A stretch of 64,000 nucleotides of DNA from an uncultured Gemmatimonadaceae bacterium (GCA_963751275.1 CAVVTZ010000007.1:832001-896000), one strand, 5' to 3'. Counted from the stretch's first letter, positions 19,090 to 32,786 are shown. Notes: generated by a model from the letters alone, not told the origin. Translations and numbers: made by a program.

Positions 19090-19239
19090 TTCCTGCTGGA
19101 CCAACGAACGGCGACGTTGGACGTTAGCCTGCGTGGAACGTGAGAGTGGGGCTGGTAACGACACGTGTCGTCCCAGCCCCACTCTCAGCATCTACGCAGG
19201 CCCAACGTCCAACGTCGCCGTTCGTTGGTCCAGCAGGAA
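19090..19239. repeat. Family-B ~150 bp palindrome (single copy in window)
   Basis: ttcctgctggaccaacgaacggcgacgttggacgtt...aacgtccaacgtcgccgttcgttggtccagcaggaa, with centre acgacacgtgtcgt. Confidence 0.92.
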
Positions 19240-19266
19240 TTCCCTACTCCGTCGTTGCGAGAGTCG

Positions 19267-19716
19267 TTAGTGCTTCGCCCACGCCCAGCCGGTCATCTTC
19301 CACCCACTCGCTCCCTTCGCGAGCGAGATCGCGAGGATCGAGTTGGTCTCCTTCACCGGCTTGCCGTTCCTCTTGTACACATAATTCGCCGGCGTGACCA
19401 TGTACGCGACGTCGCCCGTGACATCGACGTGGGTGGGCTTGCCAAGCGTCACCACGGGATCCGTGATCTTGTTCTTCTCGGCATCGGCGTTGAAGGCGTT
19501 CGCCCACGCCGTGCAGGCATTCGCGCCCGACCAGACGTGCGGCGGGAATTCGTCGATGATCACCATCGGTGACGCGCAGGCGGCGGCCATCGCCGTGGTG
19601 TCGCCGGCGTTGAAGGCCACGACGAATTGCTTCACCGTCGCGACCACGTCGGCTTGGTCGGTGGGGGCGGGTGCCATGAGGAGAGCGGCGGCAGCGATCG
19701 TGAGAACTGTCTTCAT
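19267..19716 (-). CDS. Exported NTF2-like (SnoaL/DUF4440-type) protein
   Basis: Signal peptide, FV.AFN.GD, IIDEFPPHVW.G, L.K...GWK. Confidence 0.75.
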   Translation of the reverse strand: MKTVLTIAAAALLMAPAPTDQADVVATVKQFVVAFNAGDTTAMAAACASPMVIIDEFPPHVWSGANACTAWANAFNADAEKNKITDPVVTLGKPTHVDVTGDVAYMVTPANYVYKRNGKPVKETNSILAISLAKGASGWKMTGWAWAKH

Positions 19717-19750
19717 CGTTGCTTCATGCTCCTTGATTGGTTGGGGGATC

Positions 19751-19912
19751 AGGGCGCGTGTGGGTCCTAGTACCGCTTGAACAGCGCGTCTAGGAGGCAG
19801 CGTGTGGTACCACTCGGCGTGAGTGGCACGCCGTACGACTCACGCCGAGTGGTACCACACGCCGCCTCCTAGACGCGCCGCTCAAGCGGTACTAGGGCCC
19901 ACAGGCGCCGTT
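19751..19912. repeat. Family-A palindromic element, copy 7
   Basis: Shared core, with compensatory variants gtaccactcggcgtgagt / actcacgccgagtggtac. Confidence 0.95.
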
Positions 19913-19920
19913 CGCAGCGA

Positions 19921-20403
19921 TCACAGGTACCGCGCGACGGCCATCGCGAGGATCGCGACCATCAAGAGCGCGGCGACCGTACGTCCGCCCCGCTGCAGCT
20001 TGTCGAACAGCGCATTGACCTCAGCGGCGGGCGGCGGGCCGCCAGACGACATGAGGGCGGTGATCTTCTTCGCGTTCGGCTTGACCATGAGCATCCCGAC
20101 GGCCAGCGCAGCGAGCGCCGCAACAGCCCCCACACTGTATCCCATCGCCGGACGTGAGTGCACCCAGTCCGGTCCGCCGGCGGTCGAGTCCATCCAGAAA
20201 AGGATGAATCCCGTGAGGATCGTGAGTCCCGCGCCCGCCGAGATGATCACGCTGTACTTCCGTTTCATGATCCCCATCATGACGCCGCCGCCACCCGCGC
20301 CCGCGTCGCGCACGGCGGGCTCGATGAAGAAGGCAAACACGACCACGGCGCCGAACCAGTAGGCGCCGAGGACGACGTGGAGGGCTTTGAGCACAATGAG
20401 CAT
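19921..20403 (-). CDS. Hypothetical 4-TM membrane protein
   Basis: Four hydrophobic segments, LH...G..W.G N-terminal motif, GAGGAG RBS. Confidence 0.75.
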   Translation of the reverse strand: MLIVLKALHVVLGAYWFGAVVVFAFFIEPAVRDAGAGGGGVMMGIMKRKYSVIISAGAGLTILTGFILFWMDSTAGGPDWVHSRPAMGYSVGAVAALAALAVGMLMVKPNAKKITALMSSGGPPPAAEVNALFDKLQRGGRTVAALLMVAILAMAVARYL

Positions 20404-20412
20404 CGGATCTCC

Positions 20413-21633
20413 TCAGTGAAGGGAATCGAGGACCATCTTCGGGTCCAGCGCGACCTTGCGCGCCGTGAACACCCGGAACCAGCGCGCAGATTTATACAGC
20501 TTGTCGCTCAGGACCGGAAGGTCGATCGCGCCGGCCATCCCCGCGGCGGTGAGGCGGATGACGGAATCGTCGCGCATCAGCACGGGGAGATCGAGCGAGA
20601 GCATTTGCGTCTTCGCGGGGTAATCGAGCAGCAGTTCGCCCGGCGCGAGGCCGGCGGCGCTCGCCGAGTTGCTCCTCGGCGGCGCGCACGCGGTCGCGAT
20701 CGGTGGCGATCCAGTCGAGGTCGCGCCCCTCGAGCGAGGCGGCCGGCGTCTCGAAGGCGCGCTTGTAGAGGCGGCGCATGCGGATCGCGGCGAGGAGCGG
20801 GTTCGGCGTGCCGGATTCCAGCGCGAAGAGGAGGCCTTCGTCGGTGATAGCGCACGAGGGACGCGGCGTCGAGCGTGTGCGCGCGCAGCGCATCCTCCAC
20901 GAGGCGCTTGTACATCGCGGTGGCGCTGCGCACGGCGTGGTGCCAGTAGACGTTGCGGTACATCTGGTACTTCGCGAAGAGCAGCGATTCGAGCGCGCTC
21001 AGCGCCTTGGCGCGCACGCCGGTCACGGTGCGATTCGTCGTGGGGTCGGCGAGCAGCACGATCGCGAAGATCAGGCGGTCCTCGTCGATCTCGCCGTACG
21101 GGACGCCGCACATCTTCGCGTCGCGCTTGAGATAGTCGATCTTGTCCAGATCGAGCGAGCCGGAGATCAGCCCCTGCAACGGCGACTGGCTCTTGCCCTG
21201 GATGAGCGCCATCACGCGCGCGGGCGCCTCGGCGCCGTATTCCTTGCGCAGGATCGCGGCCACCTCGCCGCCGGTGATCAGGTCGCGCGCGACCTCCTCG
21301 TGGTGCGCCACGCCGATCTCCTCCAGCGCGTGGCAGAAGGGGTAGTGCCCCACGTCGTGCAGCAGCGCGGTGGCGGCGACGATCGCCGGCTCATCGGCGG
21401 CCACGCCGGCCGAGCGCGCCCGCTTCGCCGAGGGCGTGGAGCGTGCGCTTCGCGAGATGGTACGCGCCCAGCGCGTGTTCGAAGCGCGAATGCGTGGCGC
21501 CGGGGTAGACGAGATGCGCGAGCCCCAGCTGCCGCACGTAGCGCAGCCGCTGGAGCGCGGGCGTGTCGATGAGCTGCCGGGCGACCGCGTCCACACGGAT
21601 GTTGTTCCAGAGTGGATCGCGGATGGTGGTCAT
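20413..21633 (-). CDS. HD-domain phosphohydrolase (dNTP triphosphohydrolase-like), several indels
   Basis: [53 protein letters not shown]. Confidence 0.88.
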
Positions 21634-21646
21634 CGCCGCGGCGCCG

Positions 21647-23271
<1,625 letters not shown>

Positions 23272-23320
23272 GATCGGATCCTGCGAGTCGAGGTCTATGA
23301 AGGCGGCGCGGATGCGCCGG

Positions 23321-25568
23321 CTATTTGCGTGACTGCGCGTCCACGACGGCCACGGCCGCCATGTTGACGATGCTCTGCACATCGCACCCGGCTTCCAGCA
23401 CGTGCACCGGGAGCCGCATGCCGACGAGGATCGGCCCGATGGCCGTCGCCCCGCCCAGCTCTCTCAGTAACTTGTACGCGATGTTGCCCGCGCTCAAGTT
23501 CGGGAAGATCAATACGTTGGCCGGCCCATTGAGCAGGCTGAGCGGGAACTGCGCGTGCAGCTTCTCCTCGTTCATCGCGAGATCGGCCTGCATCTCGCCG
23601 TCCACCACCAGGCTGGGGTCGCGGTGGCGGATGAGATTGACCGCGGCGGCCACGCGCTCGGGCTCCTCGTCCTTCACCGAACCGAAGTTCGAGAAGGAGA
23701 GCATCGCGATCCGCGGCTCGATGCCGAGCGTCCGGAGCAGCTTGCCCGCCGAGATCGCGATGTGCGCCAGCTTCTCGGCGGTGGGCGCGATCGTGACGGT
23801 CGTGTCGCCGCAGGAACACGGTGTGCTTCTCGAACACCAGCATGTAGAAGCCGCTCACGAGGCCGCCCTTGGGGTGCGCGCCGATCACTTCGAGCGCGGG
23901 GCGGATCGTGGCCGGATACTGCTGCGTGACGCCGGAGACGAGCGCATCGGCGTCGCCGAGCGCGACCATGAGACTGCCGAAGTAGTCCGGGTCACAGACG
24001 CGCTCGCGCGCCTGCGCCTCGGTCATGCCTTTGTGCTTGCGCCGCTCGAGCAGGTACTGCGCGAACGCCTCGCGTTTCGAGGCATCGGCCGGATCCTCGA
24101 GGGTGAGTCCCTCGAGGGAGATGCGCACCTCGGAGGCGGTCCGGCGGATCGCTTCAATGTTGCCGAGGAGCACCGGCTCGGCGATCCCTTCGTCGAGCAC
24201 GATGCGGGCGGCTTTGATGATCCGTTCGTCCTCGCCCTCGGGGAAGACGACGCGGCGCGGGTCCTGGACGGCCTGGTTGATGAGGCCGCGCATGATGCCG
24301 CGCGCGCGGCTGAGGCGCGATTCCAGGAGCGCGCGGTAGTCGCCCGCGTCGATGATGACGCGCGCGACGCCGCTGGCGACGGCGGCCCACGCGACGGCGG
24401 GGGCGACCCAGAGCAGGACGCGCGGGTCGAAGGGGAAGGGGATGAGATAGTCGCGCCCGAAGGCGATGTTCTTGAGGCCGTAGAGGCGCGAGACCGAGTC
24501 GGGCACGGGCTCGCGCGCGAGCGCCGCGAGGGCGCGGGTGGCGGCCATCTTCATCTCCTCGGTCACCTGGGTCGCGCGCGCGTCGAGCGCGCCGCGGAAG
24601 ATGAAGGGGAAGCCGAGGAGGTTGTTGACCTGGTTCGGGTAGTCGCTGCGTCCCGTGGCGACGATCGCGTCGGGGCGCGCGGCGAGCACTTCGTTGGGGA
24701 GGATCTCGGGGGTCGGGTTCGCGAGGGCGAAGACGATCGGGTCCGGCGCCATCGCGGCGATCATGGCACCGGTGATCACGCCGCCGCGCGAGAGGCCGAC
24801 GAAGACGTCGGCGCCGCGCAGCGCTTCGGTGATCGTGCGCATGTCCGTGGCGCGCGCGAAGCGCGCCTTGTACGGGTCCATCTCGATCGTGCGGCCCTCA
24901 TAGACGACGCCGTGCACATCGCACATGGTGATGTGCTCGCGCGCAACGCCGAGGCGGACATAGTGTTTAGCCGTAGCAATGGCCGCGGCGCCGGCGCCGG
25001 AGAAGACGACGCGGACCTGGTCGATCTTCTTCCCCACGATCTCGAGCGCGTTGAGCAGCGCGGCGCCGGAGATGATCGCGGTGCCGTGCTGGTCGTCGTG
25101 GAAGACGGGGATCTTGAGCGTGCGCTTGAGTTCTTCCTCGATGCGGAAGCAGTCGGGGGCGCGGATGTCCTCGAGGTTGATCCCGCCCACGGTGGGCTCG
25201 AGCATCTGGCAGAAGCGGATCACATCCTCGGGATCCTCGGCGTTCACTTCGATGTCGAAGACATCGATGTCGGCGAACTGCTTGAAGAGGTTCCCTTTGC
25301 CTTCCATCACCGGCTTGCCGGCGAGCGCGCCGATGTTGCCGAGTCCGAGCACGGCGGTGCCGTTGGTCACGACCGCGACGAGATTGCCGCGCGCGGTGTA
25401 GGTGTACGCATCGTCGGGATTCGCCTGGATGGCGAGGCACGGCTCGGCGACGCCCGGGGTGTACGCGAGGGCGAGGTCCCGCTGGTTGTTGAGCGGCTTG
25501 GTGGGGACGACCGCGATCTTGCCGGGCCGGCCACTGCTGTGATAATCGAGGGCGTCCTGTTTCTTCAT
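23321..25568 (-). CDS. maeB: NADP-dependent malic enzyme with PTA-like C-terminal domain, indel near 23810
   Basis: [60 protein letters not shown]. Confidence 0.95.
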
Positions 25569-25608
25569 CCTACGGAAAGTTACTCGCTTGCGACGGGTTC
25601 TCCTACCT

Positions 25609-25767
25609 ACGGCGTCTGTGGGGCCTAGTACCGCTTGAACAGCGCGTCTAGGAGGCAGCGTGTGGTAGTGCTCGGCGGGAGTAGCACGCCGTACAACTCA
25701 CGCCGAGCCGTACTACACGCAGCCTCCTAGACGCGCCCCTCGAGCGGTACTAGGCCCCACACGCGCC
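25609..25767. repeat. Family-A palindromic element, copy 8
   Basis: gtggggcctagtaccgc...gcggtactaggccccac. Confidence 0.95.
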
Positions 25768-25777
25768 TAGTGAGTAG

Positions 25778-26431
25778 TCAGCGACCCTCGTCCAGCGCGT
25801 TTAGCTTGTCGAGCCGCGCGGCGTACCGTTCCACGACGAATTCGCGGGTCAGGAATGTCTCCACGATCGCGGTGGCCAATCGCGGGCCAATGAGGGATCC
25901 CGCGAGCGCGAGGACGTTCGCGTCGGAATGCTCGCGCGCGCTGATGGTGGTGGTCACGTCGTGGCAGAGGGCGGCGCGGATGCCCTTGATCTTGTTCGCG
26001 GCGATGCAGGCGCTCACGCCGGTGCCGTTCACCACGATGCCGAACCGCGCGCGGCCGGCGGCCACCTCGCGCGCGACGAGCGTGGCGGCGGCGGTCGTGT
26101 CGGGGAGCGCCTTCTCGGGGCCGACGAGGTCGGTCACGGTGTGCTGGAGCTGGTAGAGGCGCGCCGCGACCGCTTCCTTGATCACCGCGCCCGACTGGTC
26201 GCACGCGAGCGCGACGGTCGTCTGCACGAGCGGCTTCGGGTCGAACGAGCCGTAGGCGCGCATCGGCAGCACCGACGTGGGCGTATCGGGCCCGGTGAGG
26301 ATCACGCCCAATTCGCGCGCGGCCGCGCGGGCGCCGGGCGTCACGATCGCGCCGCGGATGTCGATGATGCGCGCTCCGTCGCGCGCGAGGCGGCGCACTT
26401 CCCGCTCGGTGATCGCCCGTTGCTCGGCCAT
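25778..26431 (-). CDS. RpiB/LacAB-family protein with N-terminal extension and degenerate active site
   Basis: AANKIKGIRAALC, AREH.DANVL. The canonical DH and CGTG motifs appear as DQ and NGTG. Confidence 0.82.
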   Translation of the reverse strand: MAEQRAITEREVRRLARDGARIIDIRGAIVTPGARAAARELGVILTGPDTPTSVLPMRAYGSFDPKPLVQTTVALACDQSGAVIKEAVAARLYQLQHTVTDLVGPEKALPDTTAAATLVAREVAAGRARFGIVVNGTGVSACIAANKIKGIRAALCHDVTTTISAREHSDANVLALAGSLIGPRLATAIVETFLTREFVVERYAARLDKLNALDEGR

Positions 26432-26478
26432 TCGCAGACGCTATCCCCGCCCGCTCGCTCGCGCAAGAATGCGGGCGC

Positions 26479-29400
26479 TCAGACTTCGAGGCGGTCGCCC
26501 TCCCGCGCGACCACCACATAGAGGGACGGCATGAGGAAGACGCTGATCAGCAGCCGCGAGAAGAGCCCGCCCACGATCACGAGGGCGAAGGGCCGCTGCG
26601 AGTCGGAGCCGACGCCGGTCGAGAGCGCGGCCGGCAGGAGGCCCAGCGCCGCGACCAGCGCCGTCATCATGATCGGCCGCAGCCGCAGCAGCGCCGCCTC
26701 ATGCGTCGCGCGCACGATGTCCATGCCGTCGCGCCGCAGTTCGTTCACGTACGAGATGTAGACGACGGCCGTCTGTACCGACACGCCGAACAGTGCGAGG
26801 AACCCGATCCCCGACGACGCCGAGAAGGGCGTGCCGGTGAGCTTGAGCGCGAAGATGCCGCCGATCGGGCCGGACAGCGCGACGCCGACCACGGTGATCC
26901 ACGGGAACTTGAAATTGTTGTAGAGCGAGAAGAGGATCAGGAAGATCAGCACGATCGTCACCGGCAGCACGAAGCGCAGCTGGTCGCGCGATGCGGTGTA
27001 GTCCTCGTACTCGCCGCCCCACCGCACGCGGTAGCCCGGCGGCACTTTCACCTTCGCGGCCACCGCCTTCTCGGCCTCCTGCACCGCGCTCGCGAGGTCG
27101 CGGCCCTCCACCGAATACTGGATGCCGATGAAGCGCGAGTTGTCCTGCCGGTAGATGAAGCTCGCGCCGTTGTTCACGCGCACGTCCGCGAGCTCGCGCA
27201 GCGGGATCTGCTGGCCGCCGGGCGCCGCGACGAGGATGTTCCCGATCTCTTCCGGCGTGCGCCGCGATTCCGGCTTGAGCCGCACGACGAGGTCGAAGCG
27301 CCGCTCGCCCTGCACGATCGTGGTGGCCGCGCTGCCGCCCACCGCCGCCTCCACCAATCCGTTCACATCGTCCACGTTGATGCCATAGCGCGACGTCTTC
27401 GCGCGGTCGATGCTGATCGTGAGGCTCGGCTGGCCCAGCTCCTGCACCACCGTCACGTGCGTGATGCCGGGCACGGCTTCGATCACCTGCTTGATCTCGT
27501 TCCCCTTCCTCTCGAGCAGTTCGAGGTCCGTGCCGAACACCTTCACATCCAGCGAGCTCTTGAGCCCCGTTTCGGCCTCGTTCACCGCGTCTTCCGCCGG
27601 CTGCGTGAAATTGAAGGTGATCCCGGTGAACGACGCGAGCCGCTTGTCCACGCTGTCGACGAGCTGCGCCTTCGTGCGAATGGGGCCGGTCCACTCGCGG
27701 TACGGTTTGAGGCCCACGTAGAACTCGGCGTTGAAGAAGCCGGTCGCATCGGTGCCATCATCGGGGCGGCCGTGTTCATCGGCGACCACGGTCACCATCG
27801 GGAAGGAGCGCAGCACTGCGCGGATCTGCGGGACGATCCGCGACGATTCCTCGAAGGAGATCGTGTACGGCATCGTGGATCGCACCCAGAGCGCGCCCTC
27901 GTCGAGCTTGGGCATGAACTCGGCGCCGATGGTCGGCACGATCGCGAGCGCGAGCAGAAGCAGCACCGACGAGCCGCCGATCACGCGCCAGGGGAACCGC
28001 ATCGACCAGTCGAGGCCGCGGGCGTACTTCGCCTTGATCCACTCGAACGCGGGATTGTGCTTCTCGCGCGCGCGGCCGCCGAGGATGAAGAAGCAGAGCA
28101 CCGGCAGCAGCGTGAGCGTCAGGAGCAGCGAGCCGATGAGCGCGAAGATCGTGGTGTCGGCCATCGGACGGAACAGCGTGCCCAATGGGCCCGCGAGCAC
28201 GTAGATCGGCAGGAAGCCCGCGATGATCACGGCCACCGCGTACAGGATGGGGCGGTCCACCTCCGCGGCGGCGGCGATGATCACCTCGCGCACGCCCACG
28301 TTCTCGTCGCGGCGCAGCGACAGCTGGCGGAAGATGTTCTCCACCATCACCACAGCGCCGTCCACGATGATGCCGAAGTCGATCGCGCCAATGGACAGGA
28401 GGTTGGCCGGCACGTGCCGCAGATCGAGGCAGATGAAGGCGAACAGCAGCGAGAGCGGGATCGTCGTGGCCACGATGAGTCCCGACCGCACGTCGTACAG
28501 GAAGAACATCAGCACCACGAGCACGAAGATGATGCCGCGCAGGAGATTGTCCTCCACCGTGCGCGTGGTGAGCGCGATCAGTTCGCTGCGGTCGTAGAAC
28601 GGCCGCACCTTCACATCCTTGGGCAGCAAGGAATCGTTCAGTTCCGCGGTCTTGGCCTCGACCTTCTTGAGCACGACCTGCGCCTGCTCGCCGCGCGTCA
28701 TGAGGATCACGCCCTCGACGGCGTCATTCACGCTGTCGAAGCCGAACTGTCCGAGGCGCGGCGCGGCGCCGATCACCACGTCGCCGATGTCCTTCACGAG
28801 CACCGGCGTCCCGTTGCTCACCGCCACCACGGTGCGGCCAATGTCCTCGGTGGTGGCCATGCGGCCGAGTCCGCGCACGTAGTAGAACTGCCCGCCCTCG
28901 GAATAGAAGCCGCCGCCCGCGTTGCTGTTGTTCGCGGAGAGCGCGGCGGCCACGAGGGGCACCGTGAGTCCGCGCCCCGCGAGGCGCACCGGATCGATCA
29001 CGACCTGGTACTGCATCGTTTCGCCGCCCAGCGAGCTCATGTCCGCCACACCCGGCACCGAGCGGTATTGGCGCTCCAGCACCCAGTCCTCGATGTTCTT
29101 GAGCTCCATCGCGCTCCGGTCCTTGCTCTCGATCACGTAGCGGTACACGAGCCCCGAGGGCGAGAAGAGCGGCGAGACGCTCGGCGTGATCCCCGATGGC
29201 AGGTCGACGTCGGGCAGCCGCTCGAAGACGCGCTGGCGCGCGAAATAATCGTCGGTGCCATCGCGGAAGGTGAGCGTCACATCGGACAGCCCGTAGAGCG
29301 AGATCGAGCGCATCACCTTGAGATGCGGCACGCCGTTCATCGAGAGTTCGATGGGCGCGGTGATGAGCTGCTCCACTTCCTCGGCGGCGTGGCCCGGCCA

Positions 29401-29605
29401 TTGGGTGATGATCTCGACCATCGGCGGCGACAGGTCGGGATACGCGTCCACCGGCAGCCGCAGGAACGACCAGAATGCCGACGCCCACGAGCAGCAGCGC
29501 GAGGAACGCGACGATCGGCCACTGATCGACGGCCGCCGCGACGAGATAGTTGACGAACGACGCCGTGTGGGCGACGCGGTTCTTCGGCACCTCCGGCTGG
29601 CTCAT
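26479..29605 (-). CDS. CusA/CzcA-family heavy-metal RND permease, indel near 29470
   Basis: DAYPD, GAIDFGIIVDGAVVMVEN, EFMPKLDEG, RLRPIMMTA, QRPFALVIVGG. Confidence 0.93.
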
Positions 29606-30762
29606 TGGCTCTGCGCGAATTCGAGGAAGAGCCCGCCCTCGGCCGTCACGCGTTCGCCTTCCTTCAACCCGTCGCGCACCTCGTACCGGTCGCCCACGCG
29701 ATTGCCGAGGGTGATCGTACGCCGCGCGAAGGTGCCTTGCCCGGTCTCGACGAACACGAAGGGCAGGTTGTCGTCATCGCGCAGCACCGCGGACACGGGG
29801 ATCAGCATCCCCTTGATGGTGCGCGACGACTGGATCGCCGCCTGCACGTACATGTCCTTCCGCAGCACGTGGCCGGGGTTGGGCACCTCGAGGCGCACGC
29901 TGGTGGCGCGCGTGGAGGGGTCCACCAGCGCGGCCACGTACACCGCGACGCCCTGGATCGGGTGCGGCAGCGCCGCGCCGGTGATCTGCGCTTTGTCACC
30001 CGGCGCCACGAAGGCGAGATCCGACTCGAAGACGTTCGCCAGCACCCACATCCGGGAGAGGTCGGCCACGGTGAAGCACGGCGTGGTGCCCGCCTGCAGC
30101 AGCTGGCCCGGCGTGATCAGCTTCTCGACCACGGTGCCCGAGAGCGGCGCGCGGATGTACGCCTGCACCGGCGCGGAGTGTTTCGGATCCTGCAGGGCGG
30201 CGATCGTGGCGGAGTCCACGCCCAAGGCGCGCAACTGCTGGAGCGCGGCGTCGCGATCCGACGCCGCCGCCTCGGCATCCTCCTCCGACTGCTCCAGATC
30301 GCGCTTCGCGATCCCATCGGCCTTGAAGAGCTCGGCGTTGAGATCGGCCACGCGTTGCGTCTGCAGCGCCGCGGCCTGCGCCTTCCGGTAGGCACTCACC
30401 GCGGCGGCGAAGTCGGGCGACGAGATCGCCGCGAGCGGATCGCCGCGGCGTACTTCCGCCCCCACTTCCACGAGGAGCTTCACCACGGGCCCGGACATCG
30501 GCGCGAGCACCTGCGTCGAGATGTTCCCATCGAAGGCGACGGTGCCGGTGGTGTTGATTGTCGGGCGGTAACTCTCCACCGTCACCGGGATCACCTTCAT
30601 ATGCTCCCGTTGGTCGGGCGAGAGCGTGAGCGGGCGCTGATCCGCCGCGGTGCTGTCGGCGGCGACGGTCGTGGCGCCCTTCTTCGCGGAGCAGGCAGCC
30701 GCGGCGCCGAGCGCGCAGGCGATGAGGCCGCGGATCGCGCGGCGCTGGATGTGCTGGCTCAT
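29602..30762 (-). CDS. RND periplasmic adaptor (membrane fusion protein)
   Basis: Lipoprotein-like N-terminus, IRAPLSGTV, ADLSRMWV, VDPSTRAT, GLKEGERV. Confidence 0.92.
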   Translation of the reverse strand: MSQHIQRRAIRGLIACALGAAAACSAKKGATTVAADSTAADQRPLTLSPDQREHMKVIPVTVESYRPTINTTGTVAFDGNISTQVLAPMSGPVVKLLVEVGAEVRRGDPLAAISSPDFAAAVSAYRKAQAAALQTQRVADLNAELFKADGIAKRDLEQSEEDAEAAASDRDAALQQLRALGVDSATIAALQDPKHSAPVQAYIRAPLSGTVVEKLITPGQLLQAGTTPCFTVADLSRMWVLANVFESDLAFVAPGDKAQITGAALPHPIQGVAVYVAALVDPSTRATSVRLEVPNPGHVLRKDMYVQAAIQSSRTIKGMLIPVSAVLRDDDNLPFVFVETGQGTFARRTITLGNRVGDRYEVRDGLKEGERVTAEGGLFLEFAQSQ

Positions 30763-32164
30763 GGGGTCGTTTCCGAAGGCTGGGTGTCGAGCGGCGCGCC
30801 GACGGCGCGCTCGAGATCGGCGACGGCGTCGTTCAAGGCGCCGAGGGCGGTGGCGAACTGGTTCTTCGCATCGAGCAGCGAGTTCTGCGAATCGATCACC
30901 TCGAGCGAGCTCGCGCCGCCCAGGCTGTACGTCTTGAAAGCAATGTCGTACTGCTCCTGCGCGGATGGCAGGAGCTGATCGCGGATGAACACCGCTTGGC
31001 GGTAACTCGTGGTGGCGGTGGCGTACGCGTTGCGGAGATCCTGCTCCACCTGCGCGAACACGTCGCGCTGCGTGGCAGTCCAATTCGCAGTTGCGAGATG
31101 CTTCGCCTCGGCGACCTCGCCGTTCTGGTGCTGCCAGAAGAGCAGGGGGACGCTGATGCTGATGCCGCTGGTCCAGCTCTGCGGAAACCCGTAGGGATCG
31201 TTGCGCGTGACGCTGACGTTGAGGTCGGGGAAGTAGTACTGCTGGGCGAGCTTCTCGGCGGAGCGCGCCGCGTCCATCTGGCGGATGATCCCGGCGAGCT
31301 CGGGGCGCCGCTGCATCGCGACCTGCTGGAGGCGATCGTAGTCGTCGGGGACGCTCACCACTTCGAGCGTGTCGGCGGTCTCGATGCTCGCGCCGAGGAT
31401 CCGGCCAATGAGGCGATTGAGCGCGGCGCGCGCATTGGCGACGCCGCGCTCGTTCGCGATGAGATCGTTCTCGCTCTGCGCGACGCCCACCTGCGCTTTC
31501 ACGACGTCGAGGCGCGCGGTGGTACCGGCATTGTAGCGCGCGGTGGTCTTCTTGAGGAAGTCCTGCGAGAGGCTCCGTGCGGAGAGCAGATCCTCGCGGT
31601 GCTGGAGCGCGACGAGGAGCGAGTCGTACGCCTGCGCGGTCTGCGTCGCGATCGCGGCGCGCTGCACGAGGTAGAGCGCCTGGAGATTCCCCACGTCGCC
31701 GCCGGCGGCCTCCCCGCGCAGCCAGAACTTCTGCGGGAAGGGTATCGGTGAGGCCGGCGATGATGTCGGTCTCCCGCACGGGGTGCGGGTTGATCGCTCG
31801 GCCGGGCCCTTGCACCGTGAAGCCGAGCGTCGGATCGGGGAAGGCGGTGGCTTGGGTGACGCGGGCGTGCGCTTGCTGGAGCTGTTCGCGCGCGATGACG
31901 ATCGTCGGGATTATGCGCGAGCGCGCTATCGATCGCCTGCTGCTTGGTGAGGCGGAGCGGCGGCGGGGGCGGCAGCGCCGGCAGGTGCGCGCGCGGCTCG
32001 TTCATGATCCGCTGGCGGTCCTTGGCGACATTCACGGAATCGGCGCGCGCGCGCGCGAGCGAGTCCGCGGCCTGTCGGGCGCGAGCGGCGGAGTCCGGCT
32101 GCTGAGCCGCGAGCGGCAGGGCAATGAGGCCCAGCGTGACGGCGTAGAACGAATGAGAGCGCAT
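30759..32164 (-). CDS. TolC/CzcC-family outer-membrane protein, indels near 31700-31910
   Basis: AIDSALAHNP, RY.AG...LDV, RRPEL, YSLGGASSLEVIDSQ, LERAVG. Confidence 0.88.
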
Positions 32165-32268
32165 GTGTCCGTGAGGTCGGCGCGCGCCGTGCGGCCGCGA
32201 GGATCGCGGCGCTGGTGCGGCGTGCGGTCGGCTTCGCGCCGGCGGGATGGCCGGCGGGCGCGCTCAGG

Positions 32269-32637
32269 TCAGATGCTGAGGCGCGCGCGGGCGGAGGCGG
32301 GAGGCGCCCGTGGGGCGCCGGGGCTCCACGCGATGCGTGCGACGGCCTCCGAGGCCGTCGCGGCGAAGGCCGACGCCGCCGCATCGGGGGCGTTCAAGGC
32401 CTGGGAGCCGCTCGACGTGATGCCGATGAGCGTCTGCGCGGCGCACGCCGCGCAGTCGTCCGGATTGTGCGCGAAATGCAAACTCACGCCGAACGCCTCG
32501 ACGTGCGACGGCGCGCTGTTCCCCGCGTTGGAATCCGCGATCGGCGCGAGCGACGACACCGCGAACTGCGCCGCCGCCACGAGGGCGGCGGCGAGGACAC
32601 GGAAGGTCGAACGGCGACGGGAAATCAGGCGGGTCAT
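32269..32637 (-). CDS. DUF2946-like (CutF/CruR-type) upstream ORF with CxxC and RAPP motifs
   Basis: Signal-like N-terminus, HNPDDCAAC, C-terminal APRAPP. Directly precedes tolC. Confidence 0.7.
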   Translation of the reverse strand: MTRLISRRRSTFRVLAAALVAAAQFAVSSLAPIADSNAGNSAPSHVEAFGVSLHFAHNPDDCAACAAQTLIGITSSGSQALNAPDAAASAFAATASEAVARIAWSPGAPRAPPASARARLSI

Positions 32638-32675
32638 GCCTCTAAGGTAGCTGGAGGGTTTCGGGTTGGCAAAAC

Positions 32676-32761
32676 ACTACAGACTGAGACCTTAGACTGA
32701 GACTTCGGAATGCGGGAGGAACCGATTTCTAGAGTCTCAGTCTAACGTCTCAGTCTGCAGT
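32676..32761. repeat. Family-D palindrome with hexamer-repeat arms, copy 2
   Basis: actacagactgagaccttagactgagact...agtctcagtctaacgtctcagtctgcagt. Confidence 0.88.
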
Positions 32762-32786
32762 TAGAACGCGCCAGACGGCCCGTTCG

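Noticed and set aside
20413..21633. HD-domain dNTPase as an anti-phage defence gene
   Set aside because: It is coupled to housekeeping maeB-pckA with no defence-island neighbours, so a housekeeping nucleotide hydrolase is the simpler reading.
23325..29553. Long antisense ORFs (for example 23325-25628 + and 26701-29553 +, likewise 50405-53116 -)
   Set aside because: They are shadow frames of maeB, the RND permease and mfd, as expected in high-GC DNA, and have no recognisable motifs.
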